A model generated the notes under the pieces. That model worked only from the letters and a program-made list of their open reading frames with translations. It was not told where the DNA came from and ran no database searches. Of a stretch of DNA of 64,000 bases, positions 52,841 through 63,367 are shown piece by piece; the first letter of the stretch is position 1; each line of letters begins with the position of its first letter. Where the stretch lies: positions 62,001-126,000 of the forward strand of contig OZ025675.1 in the NCBI GenBank assembly GCA_964019335.1. Reading direction: 5' to 3'. A program made the position numbers and the translations under genes. Source of the stretch: Diplonema japonicum (taxonomy: Eukaryota; Protista; Euglenozoa: Diplonemea).

Positions 52841-53452
52841 ATTTTTTCTTCTTTTCTTCTTTTTTTCTTTTTCCTTGTGCTGTTGAGAAGGATGAAGGAA
52901 GGCATGCCAGCCAAAACATGCAATAACATATTCACCTCTTGAAAAAGAAGTATTATTATATAAATTATATTTATATAGTAGCTTGCCGCTGCCTCATTTT
53001 CGATAACACTAAAAAAGCACAGGTGTCTGGTCCTCTTAACAAATCTGGAAAAAAAGACATTCTCCGCTCAGCTCCCCTCCCCTTCCCCCTCCCGAAGGAA
53101 CACCTGAGGTTGGGGTACAGAGGCAGAGAAGTTGTCAGCTGATGAAACTAGATGAACAGCTGTTCAGCAGATGAAGACCAAGTCAGGGGCAAGCAAAGGG
53201 ATATGAAGGCGGGGTAATCTCATAGCATTCTGTTTGTGCGCACGGTATAAATGCTGCTGGGGTAAATACTGCAAGCTATCACCTTGTTACAAGAACCTGA
53301 GCAGTATTTGTAAAGATAAAAAGTCCGATGTAGCATGCAAGGCATCACCTTCAGCTTCGCAAGAGCCGCACAGCAGCACGGCGCGGCAGTACTACGAGCA
53401 CCGAGCACTAGGTATCTCTCAAACTCTTCTAAAAAAAAAACAAGAGCATTTT

Positions 53453-55597
53453 TTAGAACGCACATATGTTATTGTTAACACATGTAGAACTTAAGGCATC
53501 GGCCTTCACCTCATACACATTCAGCCCCAAACCTGTCACAGCAGCCTCCGCATGAAGCTCAAACTGCATCTCTGTTTTGCATAATTCCTCCGCCACGCTC
53601 CCATACAGGCAGAACACATCATCCTTCACTCCCAATGAGCACAGCGACCCTGCCACATCCACACACCTACCCAAGGTTGTCACGAACTTCTGCATTCTTG
53701 CTCCGACTGTCCCATGCTTCACCTCACTGTTCGACAGCCCGATGTGAATACAGCACAGAGACTGGCTGAAGAGAGCTCGGAAGAGAGTGACGACGAAGGA
53801 GAGGGAGTTCTCGATGTGTGTGGGGCAGGGACGGGAGGTGTTCCACCCAACAGCAACCCTGCTGCCCTGAACAGAGATGAGGACCCCATGTGACCTCTCA
53901 GTGCACATCATCACCTTCGCAAGTGTTTCGTTAATTAGTTGTGAGGTCTCCGCAGCATTGCACTCATCGGGAAGCCTCATGTCCAGCAAACCCACACTTG
54001 CTACTGTCTTCGACAGAAGTACTACCTCTTGTGTGCTATGTCTTGACGAAGTGGTAGAGCTCCTTCTCACCAGTTTGACAAGGCGCCTGTCCCCCCGGCC
54101 GAGGAGGAGTTGTGACTCGATGAAAGGTACCCTGCCAGAAAGACTGTTGGGAAGCAAGATGAAGGGATGCAAAGGGCCAGACACACCCTTCAGTCTCACC
54201 TCACCCATTGGTATCACAATAGCTTCATTGTTTTGTGCCCCAATCTTCTCCATGACCTCCTCAGTGACAGCAACAGCACCCCCAACACAGGCCCCTTCCA
54301 TCCGAGCCGCCTTGTTCACAGTGTTCCCGAAGTAGTCGTACCTGCCTGTCAAGGTGTTCAGCTGCACATCAACCTCACCAAAGTGAACACCAATCCGAAC
54401 ACGAAGCCCACACCAAGGACCGTCGTCATTCAAAGCACAGTGGTCAAGGAGGAGAAGCTCCTGTGGCCACACACTTTTCACGAGCCCCTCCTGAACAGAC
54501 AGAGAAAAGGAGACAGCATCAAGAGCTTTCTCAAAGGCCACCATGAAGGAGTCCCCAATGGTCTTCACCTCGTACCCGTTGTGCTCAGAAAGACACTCCC
54601 GCATCACATTGTTGTGAACCTTCAGACCCTCCCTCATCCCCTCAGGGCAGGCCTCCCATGTTGCCGTTGAACCTTGGATGTCGGTGAAGACAAGGGCCGC
54701 CTTCTTTGTCTCAAGGCCAGGTGCCGGTACCTCCTTCAAGTGCTCACCAGAGTGCTGAAGCTCATCAAAAACAGCATCAGGGATGTAAGGGCGGTAGACA
54801 TGGAGGTTTGACAAGATGCTGCTGAAGGCATTGTGGAGGGGAGGGGGAAGGGGGGAAGTATCAAGGGCCTCACGTGCCTTTTTGAGGTCGAATCGAGAGA
54901 GGGTCTCGGCGATGTTCTCAGCAGCAAGGATAACATTCTCCATCTTTTCATGCTCCTCGTAAAGACGGCTGGCGAAACTCCGCGTGAAGTAGAAGTCAAG
55001 CAGGAAGATCATGCCCATGATAAAGAAGTTCCCAACCGCAGGAGCGACGCTCTGTCTGCAAGGGAGGCTGGTGCAGTTGCAAGTTGACTCGAAACGCTGC
55101 TCGTGGCCGGAGTTGAAACTCTCATCGCCGATATCAAGCAGCCCGAAGCGCGTGGCTTGCTCAGTACTGGTGAGGAGGAGCCAGAAGATCAATGCTGTGA
55201 TGACGATGATTGAGGAACGCGACCGTATCTTGCACACCAGCATGATGTCGACGACCAATATAGCTAGTGCCCACCGCCTTACGACCATCGTTCCCAAGGA
55301 AGCAAGATCGCTCAATATAATAGCGACAACGTCACCGTAGCCCACCAGCTCTATGAAGGTGTCTGAAGGCTTCCTGTTCACAAATAACCACAACAGTGCA
55401 CATGCATTGACCGACAAACACACATATGAGCTTAAAGAAATAACTAAGACGTTTGCAGAGTTCGAGAAAAGCCCAACACACCCGAGAAGAAACGACATTG
55501 AGAAAAACCACACCAACACCTCCTTTCGCTTCGCCATTTCCTGGTCATCATCTGGGAGAGACAGGTAGCTGATAAGACACTTGTGCAGCGACCGCAT
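53453..55597 (-). CDS. Receptor-type adenylate cyclase, 6-TM subtype 2 (714 aa)
   Basis: Full motif set; N-terminal two-thirds nearly identical to 50046..52178. Confidence 0.95.
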   Translation of the reverse strand: MRSLHKCLISYLSLPDDDQEMAKRKEVLVWFFSMSFLLGCVGLFSNSANVLVISLSSYVCLSVNACALLWLFVNRKPSDTFIELVGYGDVVAIILSDLASLGTMVVRRWALAILVVDIMLVCKIRSRSSIIVITALIFWLLLTSTEQATRFGLLDIGDESFNSGHEQRFESTCNCTSLPCRQSVAPAVGNFFIMGMIFLLDFYFTRSFASRLYEEHEKMENVILAAENIAETLSRFDLKKAREALDTSPLPPPLHNAFSSILSNLHVYRPYIPDAVFDELQHSGEHLKEVPAPGLETKKAALVFTDIQGSTATWEACPEGMREGLKVHNNVMRECLSEHNGYEVKTIGDSFMVAFEKALDAVSFSLSVQEGLVKSVWPQELLLLDHCALNDDGPWCGLRVRIGVHFGEVDVQLNTLTGRYDYFGNTVNKAARMEGACVGGAVAVTEEVMEKIGAQNNEAIVIPMGEVRLKGVSGPLHPFILLPNSLSGRVPFIESQLLLGRGDRRLVKLVRRSSTTSSRHSTQEVVLLSKTVASVGLLDMRLPDECNAAETSQLINETLAKVMMCTERSHGVLISVQGSRVAVGWNTSRPCPTHIENSLSFVVTLFRALFSQSLCCIHIGLSNSEVKHGTVGARMQKFVTTLGRCVDVAGSLCSLGVKDDVFCLYGSVAEELCKTEMQFELHAEAAVTGLGLNVYEVKADALSSTCVNNNICAF

Positions 55598-56077
55598 CTT
55601 CTCCCCAAAAGGGACCGATCTCCTTGTTGTTCCCTGTTAACAAAGATATTGAGCACGGGAAAGGGAGGGGTTAGTAATGAAAGAGGAATTGGTCGTTGTC
55701 TGAAAGAACGCAACGCATAACAAAGGCACGTCAGCCAAAAAAAGCAAATAACGTATTCACTTCTTGAAAAAGAAGTATTATAGCAGCAGCGTGCCCGTGA
55801 TAATGATAAGTCAGTGAAGAAGACTGATAGTCTAGAAACACTCTAGAACCTGAGCAGTACTTGTTAAATACAAAGAAATGCGATGTAACATGCAAACCTG
55901 CGCGAGAACCGCAGGCCCCTAGAAGAAGGGGAGAGGGTATGGTCAGTACTGGTAGCTCTGTCCTCCAGGTGCTGACCTCTTCAGGCACCCTTCAACGGAT
56001 CCTACTAGCGTCCTAGTAGGTATGGTATCCGTATTTGTATTGTGGACAAGGCCAAGCCCTTAGCGGCTACTGCAGGG

Positions 56078-56190
56078 AAAAGAGGAACTGGTCGTTGTTT
56101 GTCCGTCGGGTAAAACCTGGAGAAGCTTGAAACGTTTGCCAACGTTCCCCTTTTGTTTCTACAAGTCAAAGACTCGTTCTTGCAAAAACA
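56078..56190. repeat. Repeat family C copy
   Basis: Aligns with 6575-6700. Confidence 0.8.
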
Positions 56191-56218
56191 AAGAAGCCAA
56201 AGAAACCAATAGCATTTT

Positions 56219-57138
56219 TTAGAACGCACATATGTTATTGTTAACACACGTAGAACTCAAGGCATCGGCCTTCACCTCATACACATTCAGCCCCAGACCT
56301 GTCACAGCAGCCTCCGCATGAAGCTCGAACTGCATCTCTGTTTTGCATAATTCCTCCGCCACGCTCCCATACAGGCAGAACACATCATCCTTCACTCCCA
56401 ATGAGCACAGCGACCCTGCCACATCCACACACCTACCCAAGGTTGTCACGAACTTCTGCATTCTTGCTCCGACTGTCCCATGCTTCACCTCACTGTTCGA
56501 CAGCCCGATGTGAATACAGCACAGAGACTGGCTGAAGAGAGCTCGGAAGAGAGTGACGACGAAGGAGAGGGAGTTCTCGATGTGTGTGGGGCAGGGACGG
56601 GAGGTGTTCCACCCAACAGCAACCCTGCTGCCCTGAACAGAGATGAGGACCCCATGTGACCTCTCAGTGCACATCATCACCTTCGCAAGTGTTTCGTTAA
56701 TTAGTTGTGAGGTCTCCGCAGCATTGCACTCATCGGGAAGCCTCATGTCCAGCAAACCCACACTTGCTACTGTCTTCGACAGAAGTACTACCTCTTGTGT
56801 GCTATGTCTTGACGAAGTGGTAGAGCTCCTTCTCACCAGTTTGACAAGGCGCCTGTCCCCCCGGCCGAGGAGGAGTTGTGACTCGATGAAAGGTGCCCTG
56901 CCAGAAAGAGTGTTGGGAAGCAAGATGAAGGGATGCAAAGGGCCAGACACACCCTTCAGTCTCACCTCACCCATAAAGAGATAACCAAGACGTTTGCAGA
57001 GTTCGTAAACAGCGCAACACACCCGAGAAGAAACGACATCGAGAAAAACCACACCAGCACCTCCTTGCGTTTCGCCATTTCTTGGTCATCATCTAGGAGA
57101 GACAGGTAGCTGATAAGACACTTGTGCAGCGACCGCAT
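56219..57138 (-). pseudogene. Internally deleted duplicate of the 53453..55597 cyclase
   Basis: The junction at 56974/56975 joins VLVISL to MGEVRL. This equals loss of parent positions 54209-55433 (1225 bp, a frameshift), removing most TMs and the catalytic core. Confidence 0.9.
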
Positions 57139-58310
57139 CTTCTCCCCAAAAGAAGAAATAAACCAATCCCTGTTAACAAAGATATTGAGCACGAGAAAGG
57201 GAGGGGGGGGGTTTTAATAATGAAAGAGGAATTGGCCGTTGTTTTTTGAAAAGAACGTAACGCATAACGATGCCAAACCAGTTCTTTTTTTTCTTTCTGA
57301 TGAACATAACGTGCTTCTTTCTTCTTTCTGTTCTTATTCTTCTTTTCGCTTGTAAAGTAAGAGATAACTCTGTTTTGAAAATCAAATAATCTTATCTAAC
57401 CTGCTCACAAGAATCCTGAGATGAGACGCGACATGCGCCACCGCTCTATCAGTGCTTGTCAAGTTGTCAAGTACAAAAAAAAGAGGCTATCGATGCCTGA
57501 GGGGAGTACTGATAAAAAAAACCTCCCTCCATCAACACAACAATTGGTCAGTTTGTACTACGTAAGAAAAAGGTGTCTTTGAAGGGAACCTGCAGTATGT
57601 GACAGGATCGCCTAACGACAATCAACTCATCTAGTGTTTGATCCCTTCTGTCGTGGTAGTGCCTTAAAAAAGGGGGGGGGGAAGAAATGGAAAATAGCAC
57701 AGGGGACCGAAGCTTTTGTTGGTCCTTTCATCTGTCATTCTCCACATCTTTTTAGTAAAATCTCAGTATTTCTTGTTTACGACACCGAAAGGGGGGGGGG
57801 AACTAAAAACAATAATAATCATAAGAATTGCAGATTTTGTTCTTCATATTCGTAGGGATTGGCAGAACCGTAGCCCTAGAACCCGGAGAGTAGCAAACCT
57901 TTTGTTGAGGTTGGAAATATGCTACCGAAGAAATTGGCATTCTTTCCTGCAACAACGGTAAGTAATCTTAAGATTTGAGATGTAGAATAAGAGAGAAAGC
58001 AGCAAACTGCCGCAGTTTGAAGTGAGCTGGCATGAAAACGATCAAATAGCATATAGCCGCGTTATTCCAAGTCTTAAGCCTTTGGGGCAATTGGATCAAT
58101 TAAAACAAACAAGAAAAGGGTCTATTTACCTAATGAAGTTTAAGACCTTTGGAAGAACGCGGGATATCTTCTTTCTTTGAAGTTCACACAGAATACGCAT
58201 CATGTGGAAAATACTGAACAAGAGAAGAAGTTGAAGAGAAACAAAAAGAAGTTAAACAAAAGAAATACTAGACATCTATCATCCATCAGTTGGTGGAGCT
58301 TAGCAGGTGA

Positions 58311-60461
58311 TTAGTAAGGTGAACCAACAAGACACTCGTTTCCTACTATGATGGAGTCGAAGGCCCGTACCCTCGCCTCATAAACATTCAGCCCCAAACC
58401 TGTCACAGCAGCCTCCGCATGAAGCTCGAACCGAACACCGTCCATCGCACACAGTTCCTCAGCCACGCTCCCATACAGGCAGAACACATCATCCTTCACT
58501 CCCAATGAGCACAGCGACCCTGCCACATCCACACACCTACCTAAGACTGTCACGAACTTCTGCATTCTCCCCCCGACTGTCCCATGCTTCACCTCACTGT
58601 TCGACAGCCCGATGTGAAGCTTAGCCATCTGCTCTGCAGTCACCCTTTGGAGAGTGACGACGAAGGAGAGGGAGTTCTCGATGTGTGTGGGGCAGGGACG
58701 GGAGGTGTTCCACCCAACAGCAACCCTGCTGCCCTGAACAGAGATGAGGACCCCATGTGACCTCTCAGTGCACATCATCACCTTCGCAAGTGTGTCGTTC
58801 ACAACGAGTGAAGTCTCCGCAGCATCGCACTCATCGGGAAGCCTCATGTCCAGCAGGCCCACGCTTGCTGAGGATGACGACAGAATCCCTAATTCGTGTG
58901 TGCTGTGCTGTGTTTCCGAAAGCCTCCTGCTGGCTGCTTGGACAAGGCGCCTGTCCCCCCTGCTGAGGAGGAGCTGTGACTCAATGAAAGGTACCCTGCC
59001 AGAGAGAGTGTTAGAAAGAAGGATGAAGGGATGCAAAGAGTCAGACACACCCTTCAGCCGCACCTCACCCATTGGTATCACAACAGCCCTTGACAAGTAT
59101 TCTTCAACCAGATCCATGACTTGTTCAGTGACAGCAACAGCACCCCCAACACAGGCCCCTTCCATCCGAGCCGCCTTGTTCACAGTGTTCCCGAAGTAGT
59201 CGTACCTGCTTGTCAAGGTGTTCATCTGCACATCAACCTCACCAAAGTGAACACCGATCCGAACACGAAGCCCACACCAAGGACCGTCGTTATTCCAAGC
59301 ACAGTGGTCAAGGAGGAGAAGCTCCTGTGGCCACACACTTTTCACGAGCCCCTCCTGAACAGACAGAGAAAAGGAGACAGCATCAGAAGGGTCCTCAAAG
59401 GCCACCATGAAGGAGTCCCCAATGGTCTTCACCTCATAGCCGTTGTGCTCAGAAAGACACTCCCGCATCACATTGTTGTGAACCTTCAGACCCTCCCTCA
59501 TCCCCTCAGGGCAGGCCTCCCATGTTGCCGTCGATCCTTGGATGTCGGTGAAGACAAGGGCCGCCCTGCCTGAGTCGAGTCCAGGTGCGGAGACCTCTCT
59601 TAAGTGCTCACCAGAGTGCTGAAGCTCATCAAAGACAGCACCAGGGATGTAAGGGCGGTAGACATGGAGGTTTGACAGGATATTACTGAAGGCATTGTGG
59701 AGGGGAGGGGGAAGGGGGGAAGTATCAAGAGCTTCTTTTGCTTGAGCGAGGTCGAAGCGGGAGAGGGTCTCAGCAATGTTCTTAGCAGCAAGGATAACAT
59801 TCTCCATCTTTTCATGCTCCTCGTAAAGACGGCTGGCGAAACCACGGGTGAAGTAGAAGTCAAGCAGGAAGATATTAACCCGAGCAGAAAAGTAAAGCGC
59901 GGTGGAGGAGAGGAAGTCCCTGGAACACGGGAGCTCAGTGCAGTTGACAGCCTCACGGCGTTCCTCCTGCGAAGGGAGGAAGGAGAAGTCATAGAAGCCA
60001 AATCGGAAAGTGGATTCGATGGCGGTGGTGGTGAACCACAGGAGCGTAATGATGATGATGTTCCGCGTGACGTGTGACGGCAGCCGGAGGACGAGCGCGA
60101 TGTCTAAGAGAACGACGACACTAGACCACATCTGCGGTACAAAGACAGGGATGGCACCATAGTCAGTGAGGAGCACGCTCAACATTCCCCCGTAGAGCTG
60201 GATCTCTGCAAGGCCGTCCCGCACCTTCCTTTCGTACAGCAGCTGGAGGACCACCACAGCGCTCACGACGAACCCCGGCACTGCCATCAGCTGACGGATA
60301 TCCCCATACTTGTAGTTGACACTGAAGGCATAGCCATACACAATTGTCGCAGCCACTCCGGCGAACAGTAGTACCTTCTTCTTGAACAATGTCTGCGGGC
60401 TGTCGCCTGGCATCTCGATGCGTCTCCGCACGTATGCCATCATACTGGAGTAGAGGCCCAT
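58311..60461 (-). CDS. Receptor-type adenylate cyclase, 6-TM type (716 aa from MGLYSS)
   Basis: Full motif set; the track's upstream extension is homopolymer-derived. Confidence 0.94.
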   Translation of the reverse strand: MGLYSSMMAYVRRRIEMPGDSPQTLFKKKVLLFAGVAATIVYGYAFSVNYKYGDIRQLMAVPGFVVSAVVVLQLLYERKVRDGLAEIQLYGGMLSVLLTDYGAIPVFVPQMWSSVVVLLDIALVLRLPSHVTRNIIIITLLWFTTTAIESTFRFGFYDFSFLPSQEERREAVNCTELPCSRDFLSSTALYFSARVNIFLLDFYFTRGFASRLYEEHEKMENVILAAKNIAETLSRFDLAQAKEALDTSPLPPPLHNAFSNILSNLHVYRPYIPGAVFDELQHSGEHLREVSAPGLDSGRAALVFTDIQGSTATWEACPEGMREGLKVHNNVMRECLSEHNGYEVKTIGDSFMVAFEDPSDAVSFSLSVQEGLVKSVWPQELLLLDHCAWNNDGPWCGLRVRIGVHFGEVDVQMNTLTSRYDYFGNTVNKAARMEGACVGGAVAVTEQVMDLVEEYLSRAVVIPMGEVRLKGVSDSLHPFILLSNTLSGRVPFIESQLLLSRGDRRLVQAASRRLSETQHSTHELGILSSSSASVGLLDMRLPDECDAAETSLVVNDTLAKVMMCTERSHGVLISVQGSRVAVGWNTSRPCPTHIENSLSFVVTLQRVTAEQMAKLHIGLSNSEVKHGTVGGRMQKFVTVLGRCVDVAGSLCSLGVKDDVFCLYGSVAEELCAMDGVRFELHAEAAVTGLGLNVYEARVRAFDSIIVGNECLVGSPY

Positions 60462-61472
60462 TTGTTGTGTTCTGTGTGATCCTTTTTCTTTCTTTTTTTC
60501 TTTTTCTGTTTGTTGTAAGGAAACAAGAAATCTGAATGAAAAAAAAAAAAAAAAGAATGAGATATAAAAAAAAAAAGAAGAATTAAAAAAAAAAAATAAT
60601 TTCTTTTTTATTTTCTTTTTTTTTTTCGGTCGAAGAAAAAGGTATTTTTTGTCATGCAGGGAAAATAAAAAACTTAAAAAAAAGGGGGGGGGTTGAAAGA
60701 AAATGTTGGTATTTCTTTTTATATTCTTAGGCCGGTGGTGCTCTCTGTTTGTGTGCAAAATGATCACAAACCTTTTTCCTAAAAAAAGAAAAATAAATAA
60801 ATAAAGAGATTATTATTTGCAACGCATAACGTTCCAAGGTAACAGTTGCTGCTTAGAAAATGAAAGGAAAAAAAAAAAAGAAATATTGTAATGAAGTGGA
60901 AAGAAATTCAAAGTCTTGCGGAAGATTCCCCTGTGTTATGCGAAAGGGATGAAGAAGAATATATGTCTGTTACCATGACGCTGCTTCTTACTTCTTGGAA
61001 AGCACATCGAGGGGGAGGGGGGAAGGTAAAGACTAGCACACTTTAAGAAAAAAAGAGGGAAATGACACTTATTCTTTTTATTTCTTTCTTTCTTTCTTTT
61101 TCTTCTAGAAACGCGTTTTTCTTTTGCACCCTTTTTTGACCCCCCCCCAACCTTTTCCAGCTAGACTCGGTATTTCCGACAACTTCAGATCGGCGTTGAC
61201 TGAAAGCTATCTAACCGGATACCTTGAATTTCCTCTTTTTCATGACCTTTGACGGGTTCATTTATTAACATCTAGTTTCGTTTTGGACCTCCAGGGCACT
61301 TGTGGCACGAAAAGGTGCCAATATAGAAAAGAGAAAATCATGGCTGTTGTTTTGGACACGTCAAAAGACCCCCTTCTTGCAAGAAAAAAAGAAAAAGGAG
61401 AAAGAAGAAAAAAAAAAAAAAGTCAGTTTTTAGCATTGATTTTTTTTCACACGGTATAAATTCTGTGCTGGC

Positions 61473-61601
61473 CTATCGTAGCTGTGACAACCACTGCAGC
61501 AGCGGGTTCAGGTACCTGGAACGGGGCATCTCCTTCTCCACATTGCGCACCCACGACAGCGGCTGTGTCCCGATGTCGTCTATCTCCAGACGCGAAGACA
61601 T
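61473..61601 (-). CDS. Possible 42-aa small ORF or orphan exon
   Basis: MSSRLEIDDIGTQPLSWVRNVEKEMPRSRYLNPLLQWLSQLR*. GC-rich island with GC3-biased codons, directly after a long pyrimidine tract + AG. Confidence 0.3.
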   Translation of the reverse strand: MSSRLEIDDIGTQPLSWVRNVEKEMPRSRYLNPLLQWLSQLR

Positions 61602-61799
61602 GTCCGCTCAGAAGAGGGGGAAAAAAAAAGGGGGGGAAAAAAAGAAAACAAGAAAAAAGTCGAAAACTCACTTTGGTACCCAAAAAAAAAAAGCCGAAAA
61701 ATTCGCTTAATCCCAAAAAAAAAAAAAAAAGTGCTTTTTCTTTTTTTTTTTTTTTGGGCTTCTTGGGTTCCTAGTTGAAGGTAGGCGCTCTCCTTGGGT

Positions 61800-61885
61800 A
61801 TCAAGGACTTGGCAGTTTGTTGTGGCACCCTGCACAAGCACTATCTACTTGATGGGGGGGCGCACCTCGGCAGAGCTGTATTTCG
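61800..61885 (-). mobile_element. Decayed ribozyme-SINE 3' fragment
   Basis: GGCACCCTGCACAAGCACTATCTACTTGATGGGGGGGCGCACCTCGGCAGAGCTGTA aligns with 5465-5523. Confidence 0.75.
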
Positions 61886-62591
61886 ACAGGGGAGGGGGAC
61901 AAGAGCGAAGAAAAGACTGCCAGAAAGGAGTTGTGCGTGATGCTCTGCACAGGTCTTAACAGGAAGGGGGGTGAGGGAAGATAATCGAGTGAACTGTTAG
62001 CCCGCCCGACATGCAAATCTTCTTTTTGGTTCAAAAGATATATACGCCGCCTGGCGTACGAGCAACCTGATTGAGAATTCTTAAAAAATTCTTCGCTGCC
62101 CGTTCAGCAAACCCCATAAATAAAAGGGAAGAGTTCTTTTAAGGTAGACGTATATCGGTTATAGGCCGTCAACGTGCAGCCATGAATAAACAATGACAAA
62201 TAGGTTGGCGATACCACAGACTAAATAAAGGGAGCCAAAACCCCGGATAACTAATTATGGATACATTTTTCTTTTTTGTTCTTTTTTTTCTTCTTTCTTG
62301 TTAAAGGAACGACGAGAGCTTTCCTACGTGTCTGCCATTTCTTACTTTTTTTTCTGTTTTTTTTTTTCGTTCATATGAGCTCGTCCGGAAAAGAAAAGAA
62401 AAAAAGAAAAAAAAAGTCCATACTCCAAAATCTTCTTGTTGCACTCGCCGTTCTTTGGCAGACAGGGGGGCGTCTCCTTGGCTAAAAGCCTCTGACCAAC
62501 AGAAACTAAGAAAAAGAAAAGAAAATGCGAAAATCTGTTTGAACCGCATTACTTGGATAGCAACTACAGTACATCAGTTTTGTAAGAGGGG

Positions 62592-63175
62592 GGGGCTATG
62601 CTGGCATGGAAACGCGTTTCCATGCATTTTTTGAAAAAAAGGGAAACGGATACGGAAACGGAAACGTTAAGGAAGCCGTTTCCATAAGAATTTTGAAAAG
62701 TATGGAAACGGAAACGGCTTTTGCCATTTTTCAGTTTTTCGCTAAGCCCTTAAAAAACTCTAACCACCCCAAAAGTGCCCACAAATCGTTCAAACCCCCG
62801 TTTCCCCATCTGGGGCCCCCATTTGGTACAAATCAAGTGTAATCCTCTATAACGTTATAAAGGGATTAATAGGATTACACTAGATTTGGAACCAAACGGG
62901 GCCCCAGAAATTAGAACATAATCATGGGCACTTTTGGGGTGGTTAGAGTCTTTTTAAGGGCTCAAAAAGCCCTTTAGCGAAAAATGGCAAAAAATGACCC
63001 CTTAAGACCCCCCCCCCCCCCCCCCCCCCCCAGGGCTATGTTGGCAAGAAACGGGAAACGTTTCCGTATCCGTTTCCTTATTTTTCAGATACTTAAAAGG
63101 AAACGCGTTTCCTTCTTAGAGGAAACCTGTTCCCTTCTTAAGGAAACGTTTCCGCTTATTTTCAAAAAAAAGGGG
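62592..63175. mobile_element. Composite of MITE E (left half) + fold-back MITE D + MITE E
   Basis: E at 62592-62718 and 63031-63175. The D-derived segment 62718-63020 is an imperfect palindrome centred near 62855. Confidence 0.8.
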
Positions 63176-63367
63176 GGGGTCCGGCACGTACAAACAACGG
63201 CCAGTTCCTCTTTTTATGATCCTGGGCACTTCTGGGCCGAAAACCATGGGGGAAGGGGGGGGGGGGGGAAGAAAACCTTTGTACCAAGCAAAAAAAAAGT
63301 TAAAACCCTAGCGCGTTGTAAAGAGGAACCGGACTGTTGTTTGTACATGCCGGTTAAAAGCTTTTAA

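Noticed and set aside
53135-53180. CTGATGA hammerhead-like core
   Set aside because: No stem II followed by GAAA and no matching stems I/III.
3556-59199. Recurrent plus-strand ORFs MRTPCDLSVH..., MEGRGKGG... and similar
   Set aside because: Antisense shadows of conserved cyclase blocks; their lengths vary arbitrarily between copies.
60462-60767. N-terminal extensions in the ORF track (also 19992-20195, 31025-31168, 40493-40525, 52179-52226)
   Set aside because: Homopolymer-rich or non-ATG-started and not conserved among paralogues; likely 5' UTR or pyrimidine tract.
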